From contig OZ024741.1 in the NCBI GenBank assembly GCA_964016885.1, positions 165,416,001-165,480,000 on the forward strand: 64,000 bases of DNA. The letters run 5' to 3'. A program made the position numbers and the translations under genes. Shown here piece after piece: positions 48,501 to 63,755 of this stretch (its first letter is position 1; the number at the start of each line of letters is the position of its first letter). The stretch comes from Eledone cirrhosa (Eukaryota). Under the pieces are notes generated by a model, which searched no databases, was not told the DNA's origin, and was given only the letters and a program-made list of their open reading frames with translations.

Positions 48501-51500
48501 GTGTGTGTGTGTGTGTGCATGTGTATATGTATATATATAGCTAGCTAACTTTTTATCTAACTATTTATCTATCTCTGGAAGAAATTGGTTGTGCCTAAGC
48601 TAATACCCCTATGATTCCATCCGGAGTTATAGGCCCTTGCCTGCAGTAGTTGAATGAGACTTTTTAAAGCAGAATTCTACAACTGGATGTACTTCTCAAA
48701 GTCAGTCTTCACTTAGCAAACAAACACAGACACATATGCACAGACACTCACATAAATACAATGAACTTCCTTACAGTTTCGGCCTACTTAATTCAATTAC
48801 CAGGCAATGGTTGGTCCAGGGCTTTAATAGAAGACACTAGCCCAAGGTGCTACACAATGCTATAATACCCCAAACCATGTGGTGGCAAAGCAAACTTTCT
48901 AACCGCAGAGCTATGCCTGCATATAACTACATGATATGACATTATTTTGGTGGATTGGCAGTATCGGTAGAGGGTCGGACGCCATGCTTTGCAGCATAGA
49001 GTTAAGGCCCTTTACGGTCTGAGTTCAAATCCCGCTGAGGTTAACTTTGCCTTCATCCTTACAGGGTCGATAAAATAAAGAACCAATAATGTACTGGGTA
49101 ATTCCTGGCCTTGTGCCAAAAGTAGAAACAATTATTTTAAATTTTGTATGTATAATGTTGTAACATGGGCTATGATTTTCTTTTTTTGTTGTTTTTTTTT
49201 TGTTTTTTTTTACTGTTTAGTCAGAGAAGGGCTGAACAGAACCCATGGCCGATTTAAGGTTCTTGACGACTGATGAGAAGGTTGAGGATATCCTTAAAAG
49301 AGAAACTGGGCCCAAAACGAATCCAACATCGTAGTGGTAGTGATAAACAGAGCAATGGGTTAAGTCTATCACTCAAGAAGGTTTACAGCAAGACTTAAGC
49401 TCAGAATTTAAAATGCAGGACCAAATACTACAAAGCATTTTGTCTAATGATCCAACAACTCTGCCAATTTGTTGCCTGTATGTTGGTTTAAAATTTAGGC
49501 ACACGCTCAGTTATTTTAAGACACTTGCATTTTTTACAATAAAGAAATTCTTTCAATATTTTGGGCAATGTCGTAGAGTTTCCTCTAAAGTTTCCATCTA
49601 CCAAATTCCTTTCACAAGGCAGTGGTCAACTCAAGGTTATAGCAGAAGACAAATATCCAAGGTACCACACAGAGGGACTGAAATTGAAATGAGACCACAT
49701 GGTTGTGAAGCAAACTTTCTAACCGAACAGCCAGGCTTGCATCTAAATTGGTAATTAGAACAATTCATTTCTTGTTTTATTATCCAATATTATTGAAGGA
49801 TAGATGGCAAATTGACAGAGTTGTTAAGACATCGGATAGAATGCTTTACAGTATTCTTCCCACCTCATTGCACGCTCCGAGTTCAAATCCCGCTGAGGTC
49901 AACTTTGCCTTTCATCCTTTTGAGGTCGATAAAAAAGTACCACTCCAGTACTGGGGTTGATTCTTCCTCTATAGAAAAAATCGAGTATGTTCAGACCTGG
50001 AGAGGGTTGGGCTCTGCCAGGTTTAAATGTGCCCTGGACACGCCGTATGACGGTACCTCTACAACTTCACAAGGGGTTATGAGATCTTTATTCTTCTTGT
50101 AACGCTAAACTCTGCCAGTTGCAGACTGCGCATCAACATCAGATATTTTTCTCCACAAAATTTGATCACCAACAGCAGAGTTTAAAAAGCAAAGATCAAG
50201 TCCAGTCCATAAGTTAACATCTTCAAGCCATTGTTTTAGCTGCCGGCCTCTGCTTCTCTTACCAACCAACCTTCCTTCCAGGCATAACCTACTCACACCA
50301 CGAGTTGATCTTTTTATATGACCGTATAGTTTGAGTACTCTTGACTTGACAATTGATGTAATTGGTCTAAGTTTTCGTAATGTTGAGCAGCTCACTAATA
50401 CAAATACGGTCGCTAGGCTGCTTGCCAGTCATAAATCTCATGATGTGGTTCTGGAATCTTAGTACTTATCCTTATTATTGAAGGATGAAATATTTGGGAA
50501 ACACAACTGCCTAAAATGCATGAAATTTGCTTGTATGTTTGGATTTGAGCAAATTTTATAATATTCCACTACTTTGATTTTTTAGAGATTCTTAACCCTT
50601 TTGGAATCAAATAACTGTTAGTTCTACACTACCAAGCTGTTTATTCTTAAATGCCTATATTCATCTAATACCATTCCAACATAATGTTATGTAAGAACCT
50701 TTGCTAAGTTATGCATCAAACCCCAGCTTAATAAGGAGAAAGTTAGTTATATTGCTAAATTCCTCAACATTTTTGATTAATTTCAAAATTATATTAAAAA
50801 ATCATTAGGAATTTAGTAACAAAAGGGTTAATATGTGACATGGTAAATTATTCTACAGTAATGGAAGAACATTTTGTTATAATTAGTGGTGTGTTACTCC
50901 ATTTTAAGTCACAAATTTACTGGACTCTCACATCAATTTTAATATAAACGCTTGTTTCATTTCAAGACATTATTTCTAAAAGCTTCCAGAAGAAAATACA
51001 TTTAAATAGAAAAAATATTAAATATATATTTAGAAACTGCAACATTAAATAATTTATTAAACAAAAATATATTCCATAGATTTTTACTTTAAAAACAGAA
51101 TTATTGAGGAATTTATTTACTGTTGTTTTGTTTCCTGTTGATGTTGTAATATCTTTAAGAAAAACTCCACAACCAAATAACAATCACTATTCAACGGAAA
51201 TACAAAACCGAACAAAACAAAAACCAAAAGACGACCTTAACCATCTTTATATACCATTAGTTTTAGTTTATATCAATCATGTTATTTTTACAATTCAGAT
51301 ATCTCAGACATGGAGGCATCTTCTTGTCCATTTTATTATATCCAACATTGCGGTGAAAATAAACTAAGCTAACAATAAAACACAATAAAACAAATAGTTA
51401 TTATTATTATTATTATTACTATCATCATCATCATCATTGTCATTGTTTATTAATGTTGTGTTTGTTATGACATTTATAAAAAGGTCTCTGCTTAGGAACT

Positions 51501-54500
51501 AAACATACTTATTCTGTATTTTATCCTAAATTAAATTATTTATACATTACCTACATTGTAGCTAATGTTTAATGGATAAGAGAAGAGGTTTTTTGTAACC
51601 CATTTGATACCAAACTGCTTGAAATCGTCCTTGGTTCTATGGTATAAAACCGTCTATTTTAAAATATTTATATTTATCTAAAATGCTTGCATTAAAATTT
51701 CTCCAAACACCAACTTAATAATAAGAAAGTTATATTACTAAATCTCTTCAAATTCTTGATTATTTTCAAAATTATTTGAAAATAATCAAGAATTATTATT
51801 TAAAATTATAGGTAGGTATTGATTTTCTGAGCACTGTATACAATGATTTCATTATTATTATTATTATTATTAAAAACTTGGTAATATAAGGGTTAATATG
51901 CTAGATTTCCATCAAATCAAAAAATATTATTTTGGTTGAAATGAATACTTGAGTTATAATGAGACATAGGTACTGGCATAGATGTAAGTGAGTTTGTAAG
52001 GAATTCACTGAAAGTCTTTTGTACACAGACATATTATATATATATGCACACTGTAAGGTGGTTGTGTAGGTGTCATGACAATAAGCACCCAGCCCACACT
52101 GTAAATGTGGCTGGTGTTAGGAAGGTCATCCAGTCCATAGAAACCTAGCCAGAAACAGTTCTATATTAGCAAGACTCAGTCAACTGACCCAGCTTGCCTC
52201 TAATGGGACAACATGTCTAACCCATGCTAGCATGGAAAATGGACGTTAAAAAACAATGATGATGATATATATAAACAAACATGAGCTCAACCTTAGCTAG
52301 CAGGGAAAACGGATGTATGATGATGATGACATACTTAAAATGAGGTATGGGTTGACATCAGGAAGAGCATCTGATCTTAGAAAAGAATTTCATCCAACTC
52401 ATGACATCATGGAAAAGATGCGATGAGGATGATGACGATGCTTTCTTAAACTGCTCAATAATAATCTGCTATCTGCTTTTCTTAGGAATCTAGAATAGTT
52501 GGAGGTCTGATTTATTATGTAGAGTACAATTGTGGAGAACATTATGCTTTATATCTTCACCCACTTATTCCTGAAAGAGTCATGGGGATAGAGTCATCAA
52601 ACACTCATTCCAGCAGGTCCTGTCTGAAGCAATCGTCTCCAACTGATCCAGCTGGATCCCCAAGTGAGATCAGCTAAATTCATAGATGCTATCCAACCAT
52701 CTTCCTTGGGGTCTACCCCTGGGTCTCTTTCCTGCTGGTTTTGCCTGTAAAATCCATCCAGCAATTCTTTCCCCGAGACATTCTAACCACATCCCCTTAG
52801 TATTGGAACTGTGATATCTCAATTCGCAGAAGTAGCAGCTCAACTTGAAGTGGCTCTTTGATCTCCGAGCTACACACTCTATCGAGTAACGCTACTCCAC
52901 CCTTCGGAGAAACCCCATTTCAGCCAAGTGTATTCGCAATCATATTGTTTCGGTCATAACCCAAGATTCCTGTCCTTAGATAAGGGTTGGCATGAATACC
53001 AAATTAAAGATAGCAAGTATGGCTTTATATATTCTTGATCCATTATATTCCAGTCTAATACAAGAAAACCACATTTTTTGGCTGCTATTGTAAATATGCA
53101 AATGGTATTTGTGTTGTTTTTAGTATGTTTTTATTTTATTTATTCTGTTGCAAAATAATTTTTTTCCCACAGCTCCCACACCCAAATCTACACTTCTCTA
53201 ACCCAAAATATTCATAGAATGCAGAACTATTCAACTTCTGTAGAGTTCCGTATTGTTTGATTTACCATTATTGTTGTTTTTCAATTACTGGGAGTCAATT
53301 ATTTAACTTCCCCTCTAAACTCCCTAAGTTAAAAACCATTATTAGCATTATCATTATCATAATCATCATCATTGAGGAAGATCACAGAATTGGTTCAACA
53401 TCAAATAAAATATATTTAGTTATGTCTCTTTAATATTCTGATGTTGAATCCCATACAAGATGACTTTCCCTTTTATCTTTTCACTCACTGTCATTAAAAT
53501 AAATGCCAATCATATATTGGGCTTATTTAATTGACTGTGACCTCACAATCTTTGTGATTTTGTAGTTATGTAACAATGTATTAAGTATTAACAGAAATTC
53601 CTCTTTCTAAGAATACCACCCAAGTTTGATGATGATGAGGAGGAAAAAGTGAAAGTTGAGGATGGCTGGCAGATTGTTGCAACATGAGTAGAAGAGAAGA
53701 AAGAAAAACAAAATGGTAAGAATAAACAGCTCTATGAGAAATCTTTAAAAAAACTGGAATGGCTCTTCCAGTGTGTCTCCCTCACCATCATCTGGGGAAA
53801 CACCTTCTCTATTCTGTCCACCGGGTGGCCAGTCCACCAAAGCCACAGGGTGGCCGGCTGATGGGCCTCCATATGCTCATAATAGTGAGAGAGTGGGAGA
53901 GACAGAGGCAGTGAGACTTTGGTTCCTTTGTGTTCAGACCTGGTGTATATCTATGTTTCACAGACACACTCATAACATATAGCATTAAAGAAAGCAATAG
54001 TTTGTGTGTTTCCCTAAACTACACACTTAGTTGCAATTATGGGTCATTTATGGAAATATATGAAAGAGAAGAGGAAACACAAGCACTAAGTGGATGGACT
54101 CAGAAATAAAGGACTCATACTTCTAGACAATAGACAGTTATTTCTAACAACAAAAGAAGTATACAAAGACATAAAAGTATTTTTGTTGATGAAATCATCA
54201 AAGAAATGCTTGCAGGGGATTTCAGTGATCCCCAGGAAATATATAATGCATGGTGGGTGTGTAGAAATTTGGGATTTCTGACTCAAACAGTGTATTCCCA
54301 CCTGTGTGGGAATATATGTTATATATCATAAGGTAGTTGTGTAGCTGTCAGGACAAAAAGCACCCAGCCCATACTGTAAAGTGGTCATGTAGGAGTCGCA
54401 ACAAAAAGCACCCAGCACACACTGTCAAGTGGTTGTGTAGGAGTCACGACAAAAAGCACCCAGCACACACTGTGAAGTTGTCATGTAGGTGTCATGAATA

Positions 54501-54924
54501 AAAGCACCCAGCCCACACAGAAAATTGGTTGTGGAGGAGTCATGTCAAAAAGAACCCAGCACACACAGTAAATGTGGTGTTAGGAAGGGCATCCAACTAT
54601 AGAAACCTAGCCAGAAACAGTTCTATATGAGCAAGACACAGTCACCTGACCAAACTTGCCTCTGATGAGACAACACATCTAACCCATGCTAGCGTCGAAG
54701 ATGGATGTTAAACGATGATGATGATATCAGGTATTGTGTTAACTATTGTGTGTTTTATAATAATTTTATACTTCCTGTTTTTATCAAATTAATCTGCACT
54801 TAACCCTACCCTTGTTTTTATATAACCTTTTTTTTAGTTTAGCCCCACATGTATTGTAACCTCTATTATTTTAAAGTTTACCATATTTCTATGAGCAAGC
54901 CCTTGTGGCTGATAAAGAAATAAT

Positions 54925-55130
54925 TATTATTATTACTATTAGTCTTATTTTTATTGCACATCGTCACTGCACTACCGAGCACAGCTCAGTGCGCCTCGGG
55001 TATGTACAGCATGGTTTTTGTCTTAAGAGAACTCTTCAAATTATGTTTGTAGTACCTAGTCATGCTACTTTTTGTATGCTTTATATATTTGTAAGCTCTG
55101 GGGTTTTGGTTATGTAACTGTTGTGTGGTT
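54925..55130 (-). mobile_element. R4/Dong-type extreme 3' end with (TAA)n tail
   Basis: The minus strand gives IQKVA*LGTTNII..VL, resembling the LQK.ALLGTA.ILRKVL terminus, followed by an AAT-repeat tail. Confidence 0.55.
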
Positions 55131-55285
55131 TTTAAAGCATCTATTATTTTAGGTTGTGTTGTTGTTGTTATCAGCAGAAGTCTAACATTGTCAACAATGG
55201 ATCTTTAAAATTGTTTATGCCATATTCCTGGGATAAACTTTCTCAGACTTCCTTTAAGATGAGGTAGGTATTTGGAAAATAAAAC

Positions 55286-55458
55286 TATCATATTTCCCGG
55301 CCCCGAAGACGCTTCGTCCTCAAGGACGCACCCTAATTTTGACAACCAAAAATTTGAACAAATTTAATAAACAACCTTCGGCATACAGGACGCATGGTAG
55401 ATTTTTGAGACTTTTTTTTAGGAAAAAAGTAGTGTCTTCGATGCCAGGAAATACAGTA
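55286..55458. mobile_element. pogo/Tc2-like MITE
   Basis: TA-flanked imperfect TIR TCATATTTCCCGGCCCCGAAGACGC / GTGTCTTCGATGCCAGGAAATACAG with an internal repeat of the AGGACGCA motif. Confidence 0.65.
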
Positions 55459-56626
55459 ATTCTTTTTAAGCCATAAATTGAAAAAGAAATTGTAGGTGAC
55501 AGAATTTACTGTGCAGATTATGGTTTTGTGATTAAATTGAATGATTTATAGGTAGTTTACATAGTATTGTGGTGAGTTGAAATGGTTTATGGCTAATTTA
55601 AATCACCTTGTGGTTAGTTTAAATGGTCTTGATCAAATAATGGGGATGGTAACCTATAAAATATATAAAAGACAAAGATTTCATCATAAGATATATTCCT
55701 GAAAATAATACTATTGTATATCTTTAATGTATCAGACAGATATCGGGTTTAGCAGGAAATGTTATAGAAATATCCTATTTTTATTGGTATTAATGATACA
55801 TGTCCATTTAAATTATGGCCTGTCAGTGAAAGAAATAGATGTAAAAGAAATGATGATGTCAATTTGGTGAAACAAATCTAAAACTTATAGTTTTACATTA
55901 AGTTTTAACGTCCTGTACTATATTAGCAAGATCTTCTTGGAAAGTACAAAGCAGTATTAAGAGGGTCACATTAAACATCAAATCTTTAGCTAACTACAAA
56001 TTTTCCCAACAATCTTTCCATTAATAAAAATACTATAAACATTTGAGCTAATAAACATGTTTTAATATTTTCTGCTAAACGAGGACGTTAGATTCGCACT
56101 ATCCATAAAGCATCAGACAACATACTTTATGGCATAGGGTTATGTCCCTTTACAATCTGAGTTCAAATCCTGCCACAGTTAGCTTTGCCTTTCATCTTTA
56201 CGGGGGCCGATAAAATAAAGTACCAGTAATGCACTGGGGTTATTTAATCGACCCCCCCCCCCACCCAATAAAGTAGTATTTTAATAAACCTGTTTCAAAT
56301 TTTCACCTCAACTCCAGATTGCTTTAAATAATTATCAAAAACATGTACAGATCAATATCAGCAAATTTCCACCCCACCCAACCCTCACCATGATATAAAT
56401 TAATCCTAGGTTGAGACACCCTTCTTTAGACCAAATAAATATATTGTGTTGAAATATATTGAAAAAAAGCTATTTATATATTTTAAACTAGAAAAATTGA
56501 TAATTTAACATAAAAGTCATCATCATCATCGTTTAACGTCTATCTTTCACGCTAGCATGGGTTAGACAGGAATTGCCCCACTTGAGGCAAGATTGATTGG
56601 GTGACAGTGTCTTACTCCTATAGGAC

Positions 56627-57637
56627 TGTATACATATAAATGTAAAGGTGTATAGGAACCCAGATACAATACATATAAATGTAAAGGTGTATAGGAACCC
56701 ATATACGATATATATATTTAAAGGTGTATAGGATCCCATATACGATATATATATAAATTTAAAGGTGTATATACAATATATATATATATATCTAAAGGTG
56801 TATAGAAACCCATATAGAATATATATATAAATTTAAAGGTGTATAGGAACCCATATACGATATATATATTTAAAGGTGTATAGGATCCCATATACGATAT
56901 ATATATATAAATTTAAAGGTGTATAGGAACCCATATACGATATATATATTTAAAGGTGTATAGGATCCCATATACGATATATATATATAAATTTAAAGGT
57001 GTATAGGAACCCATATACAATATATATATCTATAAAGGTGTATAGGAACCCATATACAATATATATATCTAAAGGTGTATAGGAACCCATATAGAATATA
57101 TATATATATATATTTAAAGGTGTATATACAATATATATATATATCTAAAGGTGTATAGAAACCCATATAGAATATATATATATATATTTAAAGGTGTATA
57201 GGAACCCATATACAATATATATATATATATAAAGGTGTATAGGAACCCATATACAATATATATATATAAAGGTGTATAGGAACCCATATACAATATATAT
57301 ATATATATCTAAAGGTGTATAGGAATCCATATACAATATATATATATATATACATATATATAAATGTGTTACATGAACCCATATACGATATATATATATT
57401 TAAAGGTGTTACATGAACCCATATATACAATACATATATATTTAAAGGTATATAGGAAGCCATATATACAATACATATATATTTAAAGGTATATAGGAAA
57501 CCATATATACAATACATATATATTTAAAGGTATATAGGAAGCCATATATACAATACATATATATTTAAAGGTATATAGGAAGCCATATATACAATACATA
57601 TATATTTAAAGGTATATAGGAAGCCATATATACAATA
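56627..57637. repeat. About 40-bp minisatellite with variable (TA)n linkers, about 25 units
   Basis: Core AAAGGTGTATAGGAACCCATATAC separated by TA runs of varying length. Confidence 0.93.
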
Positions 57638-59647
57638 TATTTATTTTTATATTTAAAATTCCAAACAAAGCATGAAACCTTAATGTAAGGGATTATGAAA
57701 AAAGAGAAATTAAGACGAAAGGAATTAATTTACTTGAGACTTGAAAAAGTTCAGGTTATAAGAAGTAAGAAAATAAATAATAATTGTTTCTACTTTGGGC
57801 ACAAGGCCAGCAATTTAAAGGGGAGGGGAAAGTCAATTAAATCGACCCCAGTACATTACTGGTACTTTATTTTATCAACCCTGTAAGGATGAAAGGCAAA
57901 GCTAACCTTGGCAGGATTTGAACTCAGAATATAAAGAGCCATAACTCTATGCTGCAAAGCAGGGTGTCCTGCATATATATATATATGTATATATATATAT
58001 CCGTCCAAACCCATGCAAGCGTGGAACACGGACGTTAAACGTTGATGATGATGATGATGATGATATATTTAGTGTTGCCAAGAGTATTTGGATAAGAACA
58101 ACAGAAACATGTATTTTAGTGTTGTGACAGGTCAACAGTACTCTCATCCTGATACTGAGATGTAGAAGATATAATTGTTTCTACTTTAGGCACAAGGCCA
58201 GCAATTACCCAGTGCATTACTGGTACTTTTATTTTATCGACCCGTAAGGATGAAAGGCAAAGTCAACCGCGCCGGGATTTGAACTCAGTCTGTAAAGGGA
58301 CGTAACTATGCTGGAAAGCATGGCGTCCGACCCTCTACCGATACTGCCAATTCACCGACCTGAGATATAGAAGATATAATGGTCTACGATCATAAATTAA
58401 GACTTACATCAACACTTAATTGTATATTTATTGTATGTAAACATATTGTATATGCTTCCTTATATGCTTTTATTCTGAGTCATGCTGTGTTAGAGCTATC
58501 ATTAATTAATACTAGCCAGTCAAGTTTACATGATATGTAATTAAACCTTCACACCTCAGCATGTCGTCAAACTGTAAAGACAGTAAAATACATACATCTG
58601 CTGCCCCATGTTGATCTGGCTGTGATATCATTACTCACAGCATGACTATATTTATTATATGTAAACATATACACCTTTATTCTGAATCCTGCTGTCTTAT
58701 TGCTATCGCTAATTAATTATTCAAACTACCAAAAAAAAAAAAAAAAAAAAAAAATTTAAGTACCTACTTCTGTATTCAATAAATGAAGTATAGTTTATAT
58801 GCAGCATCATGAAATATGTGGTGAGGGTTGTTTTAAGATGGCCACACAGTACTAAGCTGAGTGGTAATCTATATATTAATTTCAACAACGTCAGTATTCC
58901 GTGTGTCATAATTCTCGATTATCATTGGTTCATAGGTTTCAAACGACTCCGCCCACCTCAACGACGCCAAACTTAAATTAATACGCATAATGCCAATGAG
59001 GGAGTGAGAGGGGAGAGTAAGAAACAGAGAGGCAAAGTAAACGCTGTAACTATTATGTGTGCGTGTGTATGTATGTGCGCGTATGTTTATGTGTGTGTGC
59101 GTGGGTCAGCGTTCCACAGAAAGTAAAAACTATCAACATGTGTGAGTGTCTAAGTGTACGGGTGCATGTGCGTGTTTCCATGCGTGTATGTGTGTGTATG
59201 TTTCCATGCGTGTATGTGTGTGTATGTTTCCATGCGTGTATGTGTTCCAATATCGCCACACAGTTTATCTGTCTGTGTGCCTGTCTGTCAGTCTAACATA
59301 CACAGAGTTGTGAAGGGAGTAAATAGGGACCTTTTTTTACATTGACGGACATCTTTTATATTTATTATTGTGTCATTTTTTGACAATTGCTCGAAATGAA
59401 TACTGATAATAAAAGCAATTCGACTTTATCAAACAGTGAACTACAGCGGCGACGGCGTGCAGCCAGGAATGAAGAAAAACGGGCCGAACATTGTCATCGG
59501 AACACCGAACTTCAGAGGCAAAGACATGCAGCCATGAATGAAGAGGAGCTGGCTGAACAACGGCAACGAAACACTGGAGCCAAGCAGCGACGGTGTGCTG
59601 CGATTGTTGAAGATGAACTGGCTGAGCATCATCTTTTATATTAATTA

Positions 59648-60004
59648 TCTATATCTACATATAATATAAAAGATTGGAACTTCCATCATCCTTTTGAGAA
59701 ACGTGGAACAACCACGTCTATGCAACGATACACGTTTTACAGTCAGGCAGAAGATGAACCATCTCCTAGAGGTCACTATTCTAGGTGGGAGCACCTAGAA
59801 TGGTTCATATACTATGCACAAACGGTGCAACGAAGAATCTGGTATATCTGGAAGATTTTTTTTTACTGTTTTCTGTATCACACAGACACCACGGACTCAT
59901 CTCATACTGTAACCAGACAAACATCCTCCAATACAGTCATTTTCTCTTTTACCTGTCTTCTCTTATCATCTGTTTACCCGGGCGAAGCTGGGTACATCAG
60001 CTAG
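59648..60004 (+). mobile_element. Non-autonomous Helitron
   Basis: A|TCTATATCTACATATAATATAAAAG start, 3' hairpin TACCCGG-GCGAAG-CTGGGTA then CTAG|T. Another Helitron-like 5' end begins near 60050. Confidence 0.7.
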
Positions 60005-62831
60005 TATGCTATAATGCAAAACAAAACTTGCCTACCAGCATAAGCATTATCTATATATAAATTTGAGCGATTCCATCCGTCTGTCACACAATGTGGAAAG
60101 AAGGGGATGGTAAAAAAACTATAACAAAACAGCCATTGACGTTCCATTTGCTACGCTGTATGTGTGTGTGTGTGTTTGTGTGAATGTATGTCAATGAGAG
60201 TGTATTTTTGTAAGTGTGTTTATGTTTTTCATGTTTATATTTATATACTCATACATATAAATGTATGTATATGCACATACACACACAGACATACACATAC
60301 ACATCAGCATGTTGAAAAAAATTCTAGTGACACTAAAAGGGAAACTTGGTGAAAGACCAGAGGCTACAGTGTTGGGCAATCGAAATCAAATTGAGACGAT
60401 ATAGGATTTGAGAGAACTCTTCAGATTTAAATAATCTTAATTGCATTCTACTGGCTTTCCTCGACCAATTTTATCAATGAGAAATATGATCATGATGTTT
60501 TGAGTCCTATTTTTCACATGTTTTTAACATAATTTTTATATACACTTAGTTGCATCTTTTGGCACACAGGTGTGCTATTTCATACCACTTCAGAACCATT
60601 CAATATTAATAGCTACATTAAATCTATTTACCATAAAGACTGTTCTTTGATTTTAACAGTTAATTCTGTTAAATAAATTATTGGTTTGTTCTACTATACT
60701 TTATCCAATGAACAATCTATAGATTTAAGCCATCAATGTATCTGTAAACCAATTAACACCTTTGATACCAAACCACCTGAAACCAGATTCTATAATCTAA
60801 AACTGTGTTTATATTTATCTAAAAACTTTCCACCATGATTTCATGTCAGAACTTTTATTAAGTTATGTTCCAAACACTAACTTAATAATGAGAAAGTTAG
60901 TTATATTACTAAATCCTTCCAAATTCTTGATTATTTTCATTCGACTTAATGTATTTAAGTAATCTTAATTAATTGAAACATGCTGGGATGGCCAAGGTCT
61001 ATAGGTTTGTCCTATACTACACTATAGTAACAAAAATAAACATGTCTGGTATGTCAGTAGTTTATTTAACTTCTTCAATACCAACCTTTATCAAACCAAC
61101 TCTGGTTTTATGGAAGGAAATCATCTGTTTAGAAGATTCCTATTTAAATTAAAATCCTTTAAAAATTTTATATAAAACCTTTTTGTTTTGTTACAAATAT
61201 ACAAATATACAAATACCTTTTGAATAATTTTAGTAAATCCCTCCAAATTCTTCATTGTTTAACATAGTGTATTTTATCAAAAATATTGTAATGAAAGGGC
61301 TAATAAAACTAATTAACAAGAAAGTCTCATCATCATCATCATTTAACATCCATTTTTCCACAGTAGTATGGGCTAGATGAGTTATACTGTTGTGGGAAAT
61401 GCCAGGTCAGGTGACCATATCTTGCTCATACAGAACTGATTTGGGCTTGGATGCCCTTCCTAACACCAACCACATTTACAGTGAGTACTGGGTGCTTTTT
61501 GTTGTGACACACACCTACATGACCATTTTACAGTGTGGGCTGGGTGCTTTTTGTCATATTGCCATCACAACCACTTTACAAGTGTGGGTTGGAGACCTAG
61601 TATGCTTGGTTTAATCTTTTGATACCAACCTGCTCAAAACATACTTTGATTATATCTACTAAACTGCCTGAAACTGCCCAGGTTTTATGATATAAAACTG
61701 ATAATTTTATAATGTTTATCTCTATGTTAAAACTTTCCATCATAATCATATTTTAGGAAAGTTTCTTAAGTAATGTTCTAAATATCAGCTAACTAAAGAA
61801 AAACGTTGTTTTATTAAATTCCTCCAAATGTTTGGTTATTTTCAAAATTAATTGATACATACGGGCAACGTATTTTTTAGAAATATGGTTAACAAAGATT
61901 TTAATATAGAGATAAACATTATAAAATCTTCCAACATAATTTGGTAAAAGAAATTTTCATTAAGTTATGCTTCAAATAGCATTTTAATAATGAAATAATT
62001 AATAAATTTAGGAAATGCCATCAACTTCTTCATTAATTAATTCAAATACAGTGTACTATATTAGAAATATGGTCACAAAGGGTTAATAAAAGTGCTTAGT
62101 AATAGTGGCTTAACCCTTTACCATTTACATTACTCTATATTTACTATTGTATTTTTTTACTAAAGGCTTTATCTCACATAATTATCTCAAATAATATCGA
62201 AGCTACGAGATTTTAATGTTATTTATTTTGAGAACAATACCTTATCATTAGTACGAGTGGCCAGTTAGGGCTGGTTTGAACAGAGAGAGGTGAGAGAATT
62301 CTGGCCAGTTTAAATGTTAAAGGGTTAAAATACAATTTCACAGTAATCAGTTCAGAGTGGGCAAGTGGCTACTGATATGAATGTAATGACATTTGAAACT
62401 ATAGTCCAGCTAATAAGCCTTGTATAAATAGAGGTACAGCCTTCATAACTACTCAATGTATCTAAGTAATCTGAATTAGTTTATGTATGCTGTGATAAGG
62501 CAGCGAATTGACAGAGTTGTTAAGGTGTTGGATTAACTCTTTCATTACCACGTTTCTAATGAAATACACCACCTGTGTTTTTTCAATTAATTTTGTAAAT
62601 AACCAACAGTTTGAAGGAATTTAGTAAAATAACTAATAATTGTTTCTACTTTTTGGCACAAGGTCAGCAATTATCTCAGTGCATTACTGCTACTTTATTT
62701 CATTAACCCCGTAAAGATGAAAGGCAACGTTAACTGCGGCAGGATTTGAACTCAGACCTTAAAAGGGCCATAACTCTATGCTGCAAAGCATGGCGGCTGA
62801 CCCTCTACTGATACTGCCAATCGACCACCAA

Positions 62832-63755
62832 TCTATATATATAAAACTGTGGTTGTCTGTCTGTCTATCGATTTTTGGCACACATCTCCTCTTAGAATCT
62901 CTCACGGAATTGCACCGAAATTGTTATACTTGTACATTGAGCCCTAGCGAAGACATCGGAAAAAAAATATTTCAAATTGACCCACCCTATCTGACGAAAT
63001 CGAATATAATGTATCGATTTTTGAGCGTAAGTTATCAGTTATTTCCCTTTGTTCTGTTTACATTGAGCGTCTTACGTAAAAAATTACGCTGGCTTTCTCA
63101 GCGTTTAAAATGACATTAACACAATACACATTCGAACACTAAGCTTCCGTTTTGCTTCATTTCCATTTAAAAGCATTTTAAAACAATATTTTTACTTGAA
63201 AACAAGTCTATTTAAAGACTACGTAAAACAAGCAAATATTTCGTCGTTAGGCGTGCAGACAGACAGTCGTGCAGACAGACAGTCGTGCAGAGAGGTGATA
63301 TACGCGTGCAGACAGATAGTCGTGCAGAGAGGTGATATAGGCGTGCAGACAGACAGTCGTGCAGAGAGGTGATACAGTCGTGCAGAGAGGTGATATAGGC
63401 GTGCAGACAGACAGTCGTGCAGAGAGGTGATATAGGCGTGCAGACAGACATAACTGATAATTTGGTTACGCTAATGTTTTTCTCTGCGTTGCAGTGTTTA
63501 CATTTTCGATCTTTGTTAATAAATAACCAGTGCAGTTTCTATCCCCAGCATCCTCTTTTGTTATAACATTCGGGTTATCGTTATGTTTTCTTAACTTCAT
63601 AAGGCATATTGTTGGTTGAGGGAATATTAATCAAAAACACCACATGCAAGTCTGCACAGTAGACATTACAGTTTTTAAGCCAAAAAAGAAACTTAACATT
63701 GTAACTTTAACACAGCTACTGAGCGACCCCGAGCAACGCCGGGCTTTACTGCTAG
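62832..63755 (+). mobile_element. Non-autonomous Helitron with internal minisatellite
   Basis: A|TCTATATATATAAAAC start, 3' hairpin CCCGAGC-AAC-GCCGGG then CTAG|T. Internal GTGCAGACAGACAGTC/GTGCAGAGAGGTGATATAGGC repeats at 63250-63450. Confidence 0.82.

Noticed and set aside
49270-49315. CTGATGA...GAAA as a hammerhead
   Set aside because: Stem II does not close next to GAAA and there is no UH or stem I partner.
56627-57637. Possible CRISPR-like repeat-spacer array
   Set aside because: Spacers are only TA runs of different length.
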